Positions 36,803 to 47,940 of a DNA stretch of 64,000 nucleotides are shown one piece after another. The stretch lies in contig CDPCPM010000083.1 of NCBI GenBank assembly GCA_976551045.1, positions 1,302,001 to 1,366,000 on the forward strand, in the 5' to 3' direction. Every line of letters starts with the position of its first letter. Positions within the stretch are counted from its first letter, which is position 1. The stretch is from Glaucostegus cemiculus. Its lineage: Eukaryota. Below the pieces are notes generated by a model that was not told the DNA's origin, ran no database searches, and saw nothing but the letters and a program-made list of their open reading frames with translations. Both the position numbers and the translations under genes were made by a program.

Positions 36803-37680
36803 GAAAGTCCTGAAATGACGGGTATAGAAAGTCCACAATGATAGGTGATAAAGGTCCTCAGTGATAGGTGTAGAAAGTCTTCAGTGATGGGTGTAGTAGG
36901 TCAGGCAATACCCCGTGTGCTTAAAAGCTTATACAGGTTATATGTGTTCTCAGCAGGGCCATTTATTACAGCCTAGTATAGACCTGAAGGAGAAGCACTG
37001 AATAAAATGCTCCACCTCTATTATTAAGTTTTCACTCAACCAAGTAAGAATATTTCACTGCTATATTGTGATCATGCAACAGACAAATTGGAGATTAGGC
37101 TTTCTATACATATCCCTGTAGACTTTCTACACCCATCACCAAGGACCTTCTACACCCATCACCGAGGACCCTCTACACCCATCCCTGAGGACCTTCTACA
37201 ACTATCACTGAGGACCTACTACACCAATCATTGAGGACTGTAGTAGGTCCTCAGTGATGGGTGTAGAAAGTCTAGTGGTCTGTGTAGAAATTTCTCAGTG
37301 ATGGGTATCGAAAATCCTCATTGACGGATGTAGAAGGTCCTCAGTGGTGAGTGTAGAAAGTCTACACTGATGGGTGTAGTAGGTCCTCAGTGCTGGGTGC
37401 AGAAGGTCCTCAGTGATGGTTGTAGAAAGTCTACAGTGATGTGTGTGGAAAGTCCTCAGTGATGAGTGCAGAAAGTCCTCAGTGATGAGTGCAGAAAGTC
37501 CTCAGTGATGAGTGCAGAAAGTCCTCAGTGATGGGTGTAGAAGGTCCTCAGTGATGGTTGCAGAAGGTCCTTGGCGATGGATGTAGTAGGTCCTCAGTGA
37601 TGGGCGTAGAAAGTCCTCAGTGATGGGTGTAGAAGGTCCTTGGTGATGGGTGTAGAAAGTCTACAGGGATATGTATAGAA
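36803..37680. repeat. 23-bp minisatellite (tcctcagtgatgggtgtagaa[a/g]g) present in both orientations
   Basis: About 4 units forward at 36803-36902, about 5 inverted at 37120-37238, about 18 forward at 37239-37670. Confidence 0.93.
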
Positions 37681-37880
37681 AGCCTAATCTCCAAATTTTC
37701 TGTTGCATGACGACAATATAGCAGTGAAACATTCTTACCAGGTTAAACTAAAACTTAATAATAGAGGTGGAGCACTTTATTCAGTGCTTCTCCTTCAGGT
37801 CTATATTAGGCTGTAATAAATGGCCCTGCTGAGAACACACATGAGCTGTATAAGCTTTTAAGCACACGGGGCATTGCCTG
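36902..37880. repeat. Long inverted repeat (arms about 36902-37238 and 37545-37880)
   Basis: caggcaataccccgtgtgcttaaaagcttatacag... is the reverse complement of ...ctgtataagcttttaagcacacggggcattgcctg. Pairing continues through ~220 bp of unique sequence and into the array. Confidence 0.95.
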
Positions 37881-38439
37881 GTACCATCCATGTAGGGCCC
37901 ACCTCCTGGTGCTTGAGGCTCTCAGTTATCCAATTAACTTTAAGTCCTGAGAGCCTCAGATAATCAGAAGTCTATTGTAATTAAACAGGATTACATTGAT
38001 GAATATTAGAAGTGCCAACATTAGTTAACTCTAGAATATACATTAAACATTCATTACCACTGCTGTTTGTCCAAACACTGTAAACACTTCAGATGCAGCA
38101 GATTATTGAGGCAGACCATCGAAAGAGGATCAAGTGCAATTTACCAAGGAATGCATTGAAAGGGCCCCAACTGGCCAATAATCCTCCTGTTATTTGCTCA
38201 TCTTGAATATTATTATTTCTCAATACAGAAATTGTCATTCACTGCTCCTGCTAATTAAAAGTGGGCTCTTAGCAGTGGGAAGCTTCATTTTGAATCGTTT
38301 ATGTCCCTATTAATGTTAACTGGAGTCCTTTCAGAGGTCTTTAGATCTGGCTTGTGTTCTTTAATGAAGACTTAAGTTGAATAGGGAGGTAAATGAGGTA
38401 AATGATGCTGGGGGGAGCCGTGAGGGTCAGTAAATGAAT

Positions 38440-38650
38440 GGGACCATGGGAAGTATACTGGATGGTCAGTGAGTGAGGGGGGCTGTGGGAAATGTGCTGG
38501 AGGAGTGAGAGGGGTTGTGGGAAGTGTGCTGGAAGGAATGAGGGGGTCTGTGGGGTGACTGTGGAGGGACTGTATGATGAGAGCTGGGGGGAGTGAGGGG
38601 GACTGTGGGGGGTGTGTGGAGGGTTACTGAGGGGGACTGTGGTGTGTTAG
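38440..38650. repeat. Degenerate G-rich minisatellite (about 32-bp unit)
   Basis: Repeats of gagtgagggggnctgtggga(a)gtgtgctggag. Confidence 0.7.
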
Positions 38651-39934
38651 AGGGTCAGTCCATGCTGCGATGTGTGCTGGAACCTCTCTCTGTGAACAGG
38701 GATGTTACGAGATGGAGAAAGCCTGTCTCTCATTTTCCGATACCCCTCAAGCTCTCCATGTTGCTGTGAGAACATAGTAAAATCAGATACTGGATGAATG
38801 GACAAGTTCTGGAATGTCTCTCTCATCTTCAATGTTCGTTCACTCAGCCACACACCAAATCCAACTTTACCCCCTAGTGGCACTCTGTGTGGTATTCAAC
38901 ATTAACAGTCATACTGGATAACATTGATGAGAAGTAGGTAAGGACAGCAAGAGCCAACAGCAGGAGTTAGTCACCTGGTCTTCCTGATGAAACTGGGTCG
39001 AGGCACTTCCTCTCCACATCCAGACAGTGAACTATTCTCCCTGCAGCTGATGAAACGACGTTTCAAATTCTGGTTCTTTTGCGATCTGTGACCTCAAATG
39101 GGGCAAGGACTCATTTTTCAAAGTGGGTGGTTGCGCACACTGCTGGATCCAAGAGGTGGTACCACAGCAACCAGGTACAAAGCACACAGCGAGCATCGAT
39201 TCCAGTGATGGGCAGCATACAAGAGGCCAGAGCAAACCTCCCGCTCCGGCGATTAGGGAGTGGAGGAGATTAAACATCTGCAAAAGGCTTGGGACTATTG
39301 TGAAGAGCTGGAAAGTTCTCCATAGGATAAAATAAATACCCTTCAATCAAGATAACTAAATAAAAGTTTATATGATTGTCACCAATGGTGTTTGTGGAAA
39401 CTTGCTGAGCATAAATTGGTGTAGAAATTTTGGGAGGGAATTTCAAGGCTTGGTCGGAAAGAATAGCCACAAATGAAGGACATCGGAACCAGAAAAGTGC
39501 AGAGATCAGAATATCACAGGATACTTGAAATCACAAATGTCATTTACACGTTCTCTAAACAAACAGGTGACGTTTCAACCAGTGAGACTAATTGCCCTCC
39601 TGACCTTATCATTCAACTCTGACCAAGCAATTAAAATATCAGTCATTATTTATCCAAAAGTACTTTGCATTGAATAGAAGTTATGCAAGATCAATTCAAA
39701 TTGTCAGCTACAGTCTTGTTCAATAGACAACATCGACTGAGAAAATTAAGTTTAGTCAGTGTACCAGCACTGGCACTGCTCTCGGTAAATCAGTGTATGC
39801 AGTATTTTAACAGCACTGAGGCATTATTCTCTGCAATACGCATAACAAGATAAAGACTCAGTTTTGACTCTCACCTCTGAATCAGAAGGTCATGGTTTTA
39901 AGCTCCAAAGTCCTGACCAATACTTATCATGAGC

Positions 39935-40212
39935 TAATAGAGAGTCATAGAGCAATACACTGATACAGGCCCTTCAGCTCAACCAGTCCGTGCTGGCCAT
40001 GGTGCCCGCCGAGCTAGTCCCAATTTCCTGTGTTCAGCCCATACCCCACCCCTCCATGTACCTATCCAGTGTTTCTCAAATGAAACTACTGTACCTGCTT
40101 CAACCCCTTCCTCTGGCAACTCATTCCATATACTCATCACTCTCTGCGTGAGAAGAGGTCCCTTTTAAATCTTTCCCGTCTCACCCTAAATCTATGCCCC
40201 TTAGTTTTGGGT
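39935..40212 (-). mobile_element. CR1 3' fragment
   Basis: tagagagtcatagagcaatac...tacaggcccttcagctc...ttcctctggcaactcattcca...aaatctttcccgtctcacc. Confidence 0.8.
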
Positions 40213-40221
40213 GACTGAAAG

Positions 40222-40812
40222 TTGACACTCACCAACTTTTATTGATGCACCATAGAAAGCAGCCTATCTGGATGCGTCACGGCTTGGTATGGCAACTGCT
40301 CTGCCGAGAACTGCAAGAAACTGCAGAGAGTTGTGGACGCAGCCCAGTGCGTCATGGAAACCAGCCTCCCCTCCTTGGACTCTCACTGTCTTTACCTCTC
40401 GCTGCCTTGGTGAAGTAGCCAGCATAATCAAAGACCCCACCCACCTGGGTCATTCTCTCTTCTCTCCTCTTCCGTCAGGCAGAAGATACAGGAGCCTAAG
40501 GGCACATACTGCCAGGCTCAAGAACGGCTTCTATCCCACTGTGATAGGACTGTTGAACAGTTCCCTAATATGATGAGATGGACTCTGACCTCACGATCTA
40601 CCTTGTTGTGACCTTGTACCTTATTGCACTGCACTTTCTCTGTAGCTGTGACTCAACTCTGTACTGGTATCATTTTTACCTGTACCACCACAATAGACTC
40701 TGTACTAACTCAATGTAACTGCACTGTGTAATGAATTGACCTGTACGATCAGTGGGCAAGACAGGTTTTTCATTGTATCTCAGTACAAGTGACAACAATA
40801 AACCAATACCAA
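40222..40812 (+). mobile_element. Rex1/Babar LINE 3' fragment (family 1)
   Basis: TSRCLGEVASIIKDPTHLGHSLFSPLPSGRRYRSLRAHTARLKNGFYPTVIGLLN; tail aataaaccaatacc. Confidence 0.9.
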
Positions 40813-40924
40813 AACAGGTCCTGTTTGGCCTGCCATGCACAGGATATCACCCTGCTGTTTAGAAAGAGGGTTCAATTGACCAACTGAATTGTGGAATAGA
40901 TGTGGAAGCCATATGTGGAAGCAA

Positions 40925-41430
40925 CTAGATGTGGAAGCCATAGAGAAGGTGCAGAGGAGGTTTACGAGGATGCTGCCTGGAATGTGGAGCATGCCTTATG
41001 AGAGCAGGTTGCAGGAACTTGGCCTTTTCTCCTTGGAGAGGAGGATGAGGGGGGACCTGATAGAGGTATATAAGATGATGAGAGGTATTGATCGGGTAGA
41101 TAGTCAGAGGCTTTTCCCCAGGGCTGAAATGGTGGCCACAAGAGGACATAGGTTTAAGGTGCTGGGGAGTAGATATAGAGGAGATGTCAGGGGTAAGTTT
41201 TTTACTCAGAGAGTGGTGAGTGTGTGGAATGGGCTGCCGGAAGCAGTGGTGGAGGCGGATACGATAGGGTCTTTCAAGAGACTGTTAGATAGGTACATGG
41301 AGCTAAGTAAAATAGAGGGCTATGGGAATGCCCAGTAATTTCTAGTGTAGGGACATGTTCGGCACAGCTTTGTGCTCCGAAGGGCCTGAATTGTGCTGTA
41401 GCTTTTCTACATTCTATGTTCTATGTTCTA
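40925..41430 (+). mobile_element. Young 5'-truncated CR1 LINE
   Basis: Uninterrupted frame DVEAIEKVQRRFTRMLPGM...TRGHRFKVLG...FFTQRVVSVWNGLPEAVVEA..., ending in (ttctatg)n. Confidence 0.95.
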
Positions 41431-41726
41431 ACTGTGGCCCTTTATATACAGTTTGTCCACTTTCAGGACCTAACTGGAAAACCCCCATCTGAACCAATTA
41501 TGTGTCAGAAGCTTAACTCATTAGTTTCAATTGCTCCCACCAGCAATGACCCATAACCACTGGCTCTTCACCTGAGCTGTGTATATAGCTGTAATTGCTG
41601 TTCATCCACAACCCAGGTCCAAAGGTTAACACTGATAATTGTATCACTGAATGTTTTCCACACATAAAGTGCACATAATATCAACACTAGAGCTTCCTGC
41701 GGACAACATTACCACAGTATTGTCCT

Positions 41727-42075
41727 AAGAACATACAAATTAGGGGAGAAGTAGGACACTCAGTCCCTTGAGACTGCTCTGCCATTCATTAAGCTCATGG
41801 CTGAGCTGACTGTAACTTCACCTCCACATTCCAGTTTACCAACGGTAATGTTTCACCCACTTATCTAAAGTCCACCTATCTCTGCCTTAAAGTTATCTGA
41901 AGACTCTGCTTCTACTGCCCTTTGAGGAAAGGGAGTTCCAAAACCTCATGACCTTCTGAGAAAAAATAATGACCTCATGTCGGTCTTAAATGGACAACCT
42001 CTTATTTATAAACAGTCACCCCTGGTTCTGGACTCTCACACCAGAGGAAACATCCCCTCCACAAGCGCCCTGTTA
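41727..42075 (-). mobile_element. CR1 3' fragment
   Basis: Similar to 5580-5930 (ctgctctgccattca...tcatggctga...cctatctctgccttaa). Confidence 0.75.
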
Positions 42076-42104
42076 AACATTTCAGAAACACTTTAGAAGC
42101 CTAT

Positions 42105-42405
42105 TGAATCTTTTCCCCATGGTAGGAGTATCAAAAACAAGAGGGTAAGGTGAGAAGAAGGAGTTTAAGAGAGGATCTGAGGGGTAAGGTTTTTACAGAA
42201 CGTTGTTGATATCTGGAACAGGCTGCCAGAGGAGGCGATGGCAGAGCCAGATACAATTCCTACATTTAAGAGGCAGACACTTAAATAGGCGAGACATAGA
42301 AAGATACGGTCCTAATGCAAGCAAATGAGATTAATGTAGATGGGGAAAATGGTTGGCATGTACATTGTGGGCTGAAGGGCCTGTTTCTGTGCTTAAGACT
42401 CTATG
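42105..42405 (+). mobile_element. CR1 3' fragment
   Basis: aggtgagaagaaggagtttaagagaggatctgaggggtaagg...gtgggctgaagggcctgtttctgtgct. Confidence 0.75.
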
Positions 42406-43504
42406 GCACCATGGCAGAGATTGGTTAACACTTGGGTACCAAGCAAAATCAAGGAATGTGAGTGGTGATAGTGATGGATGAGGTAGAAGATCAGCCATTA
42501 TCTTCCTTATCAGTGGGACAGCTTGAAGGGCCGCTTGACCTAAACCTGTTGCTATTTTGTATGTTCTTGTATATTAAATCTCTTGCTTGCTTCTCACCAT
42601 TACAGCTTACCCCTGCACCTGGCCTCGAGCCAGCCAGTACTGCTCTCCAATTCTGGCTCCTCACCTGTAGCTGGTCTACAATTTAACTTACGTCTGTCTC
42701 CCCCACACAGGGAGCTGACACATAAAGATACAAGACATGCAAAAGGCTAGAGAGGCACCATCAATTTCCACATACACTGTGGCGTAAACCTACTGGATAT
42801 ACTAAACGGCTTTTGTTGGAAAAACATAAATAACTATCCGGGCTAAGAGGAGGTATTGATGCTTATGGGCAGGGCAAGAGTAGAAAATCCAACCGTTTTG
42901 TGGAAAAGTAATTTCAGCATTTGTAAGAGCGAATTCCTTCAGCCTTGAGTGAAGAGGTCACTAAAGGTTAATAGAAGAAGTTATTAAGTAGAAGGAGCTT
43001 AACATCTGGCGTGTGGCAAATCTAATGAAAGCGTGCACACAGCAACCCCTGGAGCTGGCCCAGCCCTGAGCTGCTTAACATTAACAATGCAGGGATATCA
43101 CAACGTTCATACAGTCACATTTCACAGGCCTCCTTCATAGATCAGCTGAATGCAGATCATCGATTAGGCAAATGGCTGCCTGTGACACAATGGTTCATTT
43201 CAGTTTGAGTTCTGTGAATAATGAACTGGGAAATTGTGGTGGGGGAGGAAGAGCTGCTGATTACCCTGTTGACTGGGACTCCATTATGGGAGGCGGGGGG
43301 ACTGTTGGTGGGTTGGTAGGAAGAAGTTGGTATTACACTACCACTGAGAGATACTCTACACCTTCTTCCTGCCAGCATGGTATTGCAATGGCTTAATGTT
43401 GGCGCCAGCTGTTTTCTCCATTCTTAGTTACTGTGGGTACACTTTTATCTCAGAATAAGAAGATTGTGGGTTCAAGACCCAATCAAGACTATTGAGCAAT
43501 GAGC

Positions 43505-43950
43505 ACAGTTGTGTTGTGGTTTAGTTAACTGAACCAACAGCCAAAGTTAGAGAGCACTGATCCAGAGTTGGAATTCTACCTTGCAAAGTGGGAACTCAAT
43601 TCAAGGTCATGAAATTTAAATTCAGGAATTAAAAAAAAATGTCTGGAACTACTGGATTCTGGTTCATTGATGTTCTTCATGGAAGGGAAACGTGGAAAAA
43701 TACGAGCAGGAGTTGGCTATTCAACCCTCCGAACCTGCTTCACCATTCAAGGCTGATCCACTGTCTCAACACCATTTACCCTCCCCCTCTCCCTGTGTCC
43801 CTTGAGGCCTTTTGCATCTAGAGCCTATTGGTTGACCCTGAATCCACCAATCTGGTTGGTTCCTCAGTTCAGGGGCAATTACTAGTGGGAAACAATGAGC
43901 AGGGGCAATTACTAGTGGGCAATAATGCTGGCAATGGCAGAGACATTCAC
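43505..43950 (+). mobile_element. SINE family C, interrupted by a CR1 piece; tail duplicated as a 30-bp tandem (43871-43930)
   Basis: tctggttcattgatgttcttcatggaagggaaac matches family C inverted; aggggcaattactagtggg occurs twice. Confidence 0.5.
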
Positions 43951-44059
43951 ATTCTGTGAACAAATAAGTTTAAACAAATAATTCCACTGAAGCTCCAGTG
44001 CAAAGCTGTTGGATGTGGCGTGCTTTAGACAAAGTGTTAGGTTAAAGCTTTGTTGACCC

Positions 44060-44290
44060 TTAGTTTGGATGCAAGAGATCCAAAAGAAGGGCAGGCGAAT
44101 TCTCTGATGTTATTTTTATATCTCGGGTAACATCACTAAAATAAACCATCTTCTCATAATCAGTTAGCTGGTTGTGGGAGCTTGCTGTGCACAAAATGGC
44201 TGCTGCTTTTCCAACAGCACGGCGCTTCAGTGGCTGCAAAGTGGATTGAGACACCCTGAAAGATCCTGTATTGATGCAAGACTTTTGTGC
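44060..44290 (+). mobile_element. Deu-domain-type SINE 3' part
   Basis: ggatgcaagagatcc...aacatcactaaaa...ttgtgggagcttgctgtgcacaaaatggctgctgc. Confidence 0.55.
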
Positions 44291-45437
44291 TGCATTTTAA
44301 AACCGAACCATGCATCTTCTGGGAAGAAAGAAAATCCAGAAATGCAGAATCTGTGATAAAAATATAAGGCACTCCTTCCCTCAAGTACAACTTCATAACC
44401 CTGAATCATGGGACTGAATCATTCACCACTTTTATTGTGCATTGGTTTTCCAGTTAGCTTCCACTCTTTAAAATTAAAATCATTTCACAGGAACAGGATG
44501 CTAAGTGCCATTTACCGCAGTGGTTTGTATATCCCACTCTTGGAACCACGATGCAACAAAGCCTACCAAACAGAGTGTCCGAGGGAGAACTCTTGCTTTT
44601 CAATGTTTATTTCCACAGCCCATAGTTTCCTGACACTCCTAGCCTGATTTACCAACGAGAATAAGCCTCCTCTTGTCTCCCTGCACCTCTCTCTACTACT
44701 CCAGGACAGCCAAGGCTAATTCTCTGTATCCCTGCAGCTGGACATGCGCTTTGCCTTGTGTGCACTCAAGCACCACTCCCGGGAAGTGGCGGGGATTGTT
44801 TTGCAGACGTGTCACTAGGGATATTTTCAAGGAACACAGAACCCATTGTTCAATCATCTTCTCACTGAGTCCACATAATTTGTTGTTAATAAATTACATC
44901 CATTGTTTTCAACAATGTTGTACTTATTTTCCCCTTTCAGCTCCATAGTAAAATTGGCTGTGACTCAGAAGCTATTGGCAGCACAGGAGCTAGTTGTGGA
45001 GACGCACATCTTCCAGAGGTGAGTAGACACGCTATAGTACCACCTTCCAAGTAAAAACCCATGAAGCACTGAGGATGGAAAGGAGATTGGGGATGGGCCA
45101 TCCAGGAAGAGAAAGATTCAGTCTTTGATCTGGGCCCATTTAAACTTGTTGAGCAAAATAAAGAAAAGGTCACAGAAGTACAGGAACACAAGGAAATAAT
45201 TTCCTCAATCTCACCCCTGCCACTCCTCACCCTGTGTAACTGAAGCTGATATCGAGTTAATCAACCCAACTGTTTCCAGGGAAGCAATAAAAGCGAGTGC
45301 TTGTTGTCAGATCCAAAAAGTTTATTTTGAATTGTGCAGGTCTTCAATAGAATTCACATTCAGCGTTGTGTTTCCATTCTCAATGAAACTACCAGCTGGC
45401 CCACCTGAGTCAAAACACCAAACATAATTTGGGTAAC

Positions 45438-45522
45438 GAGAGAGAGTGAGTGAGAGAGAGAGAGAGAGAGAGGAGAGAAAGTGGGAATGAGAGACAGAGA
45501 ACGAGAGCGAAAGAGAGAGAGT
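45438..45522. repeat. (GA)n microsatellite
   Basis: Direct reading. Confidence 0.9.
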
Positions 45523-46716
45523 GGTAGGGTGTTCATATTGTCCAATATGGACTGCCAATTAATAATGGCCTCTGTGAAAAAATTCCATGGAGGCTCCTTC
45601 GTCTCGTAACATGTTCCCCAGAAAGTTCTGTTCAGTGAAGAACATTTTTATTCTTTCTGTCATCAGATGGAAGCATGAAAAACACAGCACAATCCACACC
45701 CTGCCCCATCCCCTAAAGGACAAGCAATTTGTAAGCCTTCTTCATTCAAGCTATAAGAATGAACAAGAGTGTATGTTGCTTGCCTTTGAGAAGTCCATTA
45801 AGCATATTATCATGTTCAAATGCAAGCCACAAGATGAGAACAGGAGTCATTAGAGCAACATGTTAGCTGCATTCCCAGAGAGCCGTGGAGAAGCCACATC
45901 AGTGCAATAAAAGGTGTTGGAAAAAACACAAGTCCAATGTAGTTTTTTGCCAGACTTAATCACTAAAATCTTAATAGTTCCAATTAATTATGTCCTCTCC
46001 TTCTGCAAGTATTAACTCCTTATCGAGGGGGAGGGCAAATTCTGAGCAGTTTCGACTCAGCCACTTTGGTGGGCCAAGGGATACCAGGAGACGGGAAGAT
46101 GCTTTGATGGAACTTCACCTCACTACAACACAACAGGAGAGGTACGATGCTGAGCTGGCATTTCTCAGGTGTCAGTGCTACCAGAAGTTGCAGTGACCCT
46201 GAGCTACAGAGATTGGGAAAAGGGGAATCTGGTAAGGTCCCCAACCCCTGCACATTATCAGTGCCTTCTGCTGGAATCTGCAGTTGTGCCAAAAGTTGAG
46301 GGCAGACATCCGTTGAAAAACACCGGCTATTTGGTTGGTTCACCAGAGCCCAGCCAGGATCGAGAGGACCAATACCCCCACATGAATCAATGCACTTACA
46401 AAGAGCACGGTAAAACTGAAGGAACATAGAGGTTTAATCAGAGAACAGCCCAATATCACCGTGATCTCTTCAGCTGAAAGCCCTGCTTTGCTAATATAAT
46501 CCCAATTTATTTTATCTGGCGACTGTACTATTCTAGAGCTTCCTTTGCTATCGAGGCTAACTGCAACTTAGAATGGCTGCAACAGGCAGCCCTCTGACAG
46601 ATGCCTATGTGATAGCACAGAAACCAACTCAGAGTTAGTATATGTTCACCACCTGTACCAGCAGCCTGGGTGTCTAACAGTCTTGCATCAAACACTTGCC
46701 AGGTAGATAGGAGACA

Positions 46717-47040
46717 GGCACAGTGGTACAGCTAGTAGAGCACCACAGCCCTGAATTCAATCCTGATCTTGGGTGCTGCCTGTGTGGAGTTTGCATGTTC
46801 TCCCTATGAACGCGTACGTCTCCTCCGCGTGCTCCGGTTTCCTCCTATATCTCAAAGACGTGAGTGTTTGTAGGTTAATTGGCCATTGAAAATTGCCTTT
46901 AGTGTGTAGATAAATGGCAGAATCTGGGGGGACAATAAAAAATGGGATTGTTGCAGGATTAGCACAAATGGGTGATTTATAGTCAGCATGGAATTGCTAT
47001 GCCAAAGGACTTGTTTCTGTGCTGTATCACGCTGTAACTC
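46717..47040 (+). mobile_element. HE1-like V-SINE (CR1-type tail)
   Basis: ggcacagtggtacagctagtagag...tgtggagtttgcatgttctcc...gtgctccggtttcctcc...gtttctgtgctgtat. Confidence 0.82.
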
Positions 47041-47569
47041 AAAGTCCAATCTACATTGTCCAAATGGGTAAGGGTATCAAGGGGTATGGGGATAAAAGGT
47101 CACTGGGAGTTGAAGCCCAAAGTAGCCAAGGTTCAACTGAATGGCAGAACAGGCTTAAAGGACTGAGTGCCTTTTCACATTCCCACATTTTGGTTGAAAA
47201 TTCATTGGCCTGACAATACTACCTAATTATGTACAATTGCTGCGTGAGGCAGCATCACCAATCAAAAAACGCTCTCTGCGGATGACGTATTTAAACCCAT
47301 GGTAATGTTGCAAGGATGCTGAGAGTCACTCACATATCACTTTACACAGTGCCATTAAACTGATTCATGCCCATCAGTTCACACAAGATATATCATTTCC
47401 TGGCTACCTGGACCACAACCAAGTCGTAGTGACACTACGTGAGGTTTGGCTTCAAATAGCTTTCCCAGCAAAGAAATGTCAAGGCTAATTCCAGCAGCCC
47501 AGCTAAGATCGTTTAATGCATGACAGATCTAAGTTAAGTCTTGGTCTCTTGTTCTGTGCAGAGATACAG

Positions 47570-47940
47570 AGACTTGCGCACAAAAATCTAAACTACATAT
47601 TCTAGTGCAGATTTGAGTGAGCGTTGTACTGTCTGAGTTGTCATGTTTAAGATGAGGTGTTAAACCGAGGGACTGTTTTCTCCCTCATATGGATGTAAAA
47701 GATCCCACCAGGCCAATTTGAGGAAGAGTAGGACAAGTTCTCCTGAGGTCTCCTGGCCAATATTTATCCTTAACATCATAAAAACAGATTAACTGGTCAC
47801 TATCATGTTACAGTTTGTGGGAGCCTGCTATATGCAGAGTGGATGCAATGCTTCCTACATTACAACAGTGACCATACTTCAGTGGATTATCCATTGGCTT
47901 TGAAGGAATGTGAGACTATATAAGTGCCAGCCTTTCTATT
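47570..47940 (+). mobile_element. Deu-domain-type SINE
   Basis: gatgaggtgttaaaccgagg...ggatgtaaaagatcccac...gaagagtagg...tcctggccaatatttatcc...tttgtgggagcctgc...ttcctacattacaacagtgac. Confidence 0.7.

Noticed and set aside
37239-37670. 23-bp repeats as a CRISPR-like array
   Set aside because: Units are contiguous with no unique spacers, there are no cas genes, and the context is a vertebrate intron.
36902-37880. Simple MITE with long TIRs
   Set aside because: The internal 23-bp array continues outside the left arm (36803-36902) and no TSD flanks the outer arm ends. Kept only as an alternative hypothesis.
38980-39066. ctgatga motifs as further hammerheads
   Set aside because: No stem II followed by GAAA and no family flanks; tgaaacgacgtttca is just a short palindrome.
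40889-41338. 149-aa ORF as a host gene
   Set aside because: It is the C-terminus of CR1 ORF2 in a 5'-truncated copy.
45395-45430. ATG TTT GGT...CAG|gtgggc as the GSE1 'MFG...' first exon
   Set aside because: Only three residues resemble the recalled alternative N-terminus, the donor is weak, and it would be phase 0 whereas the next exon needs phase 1.
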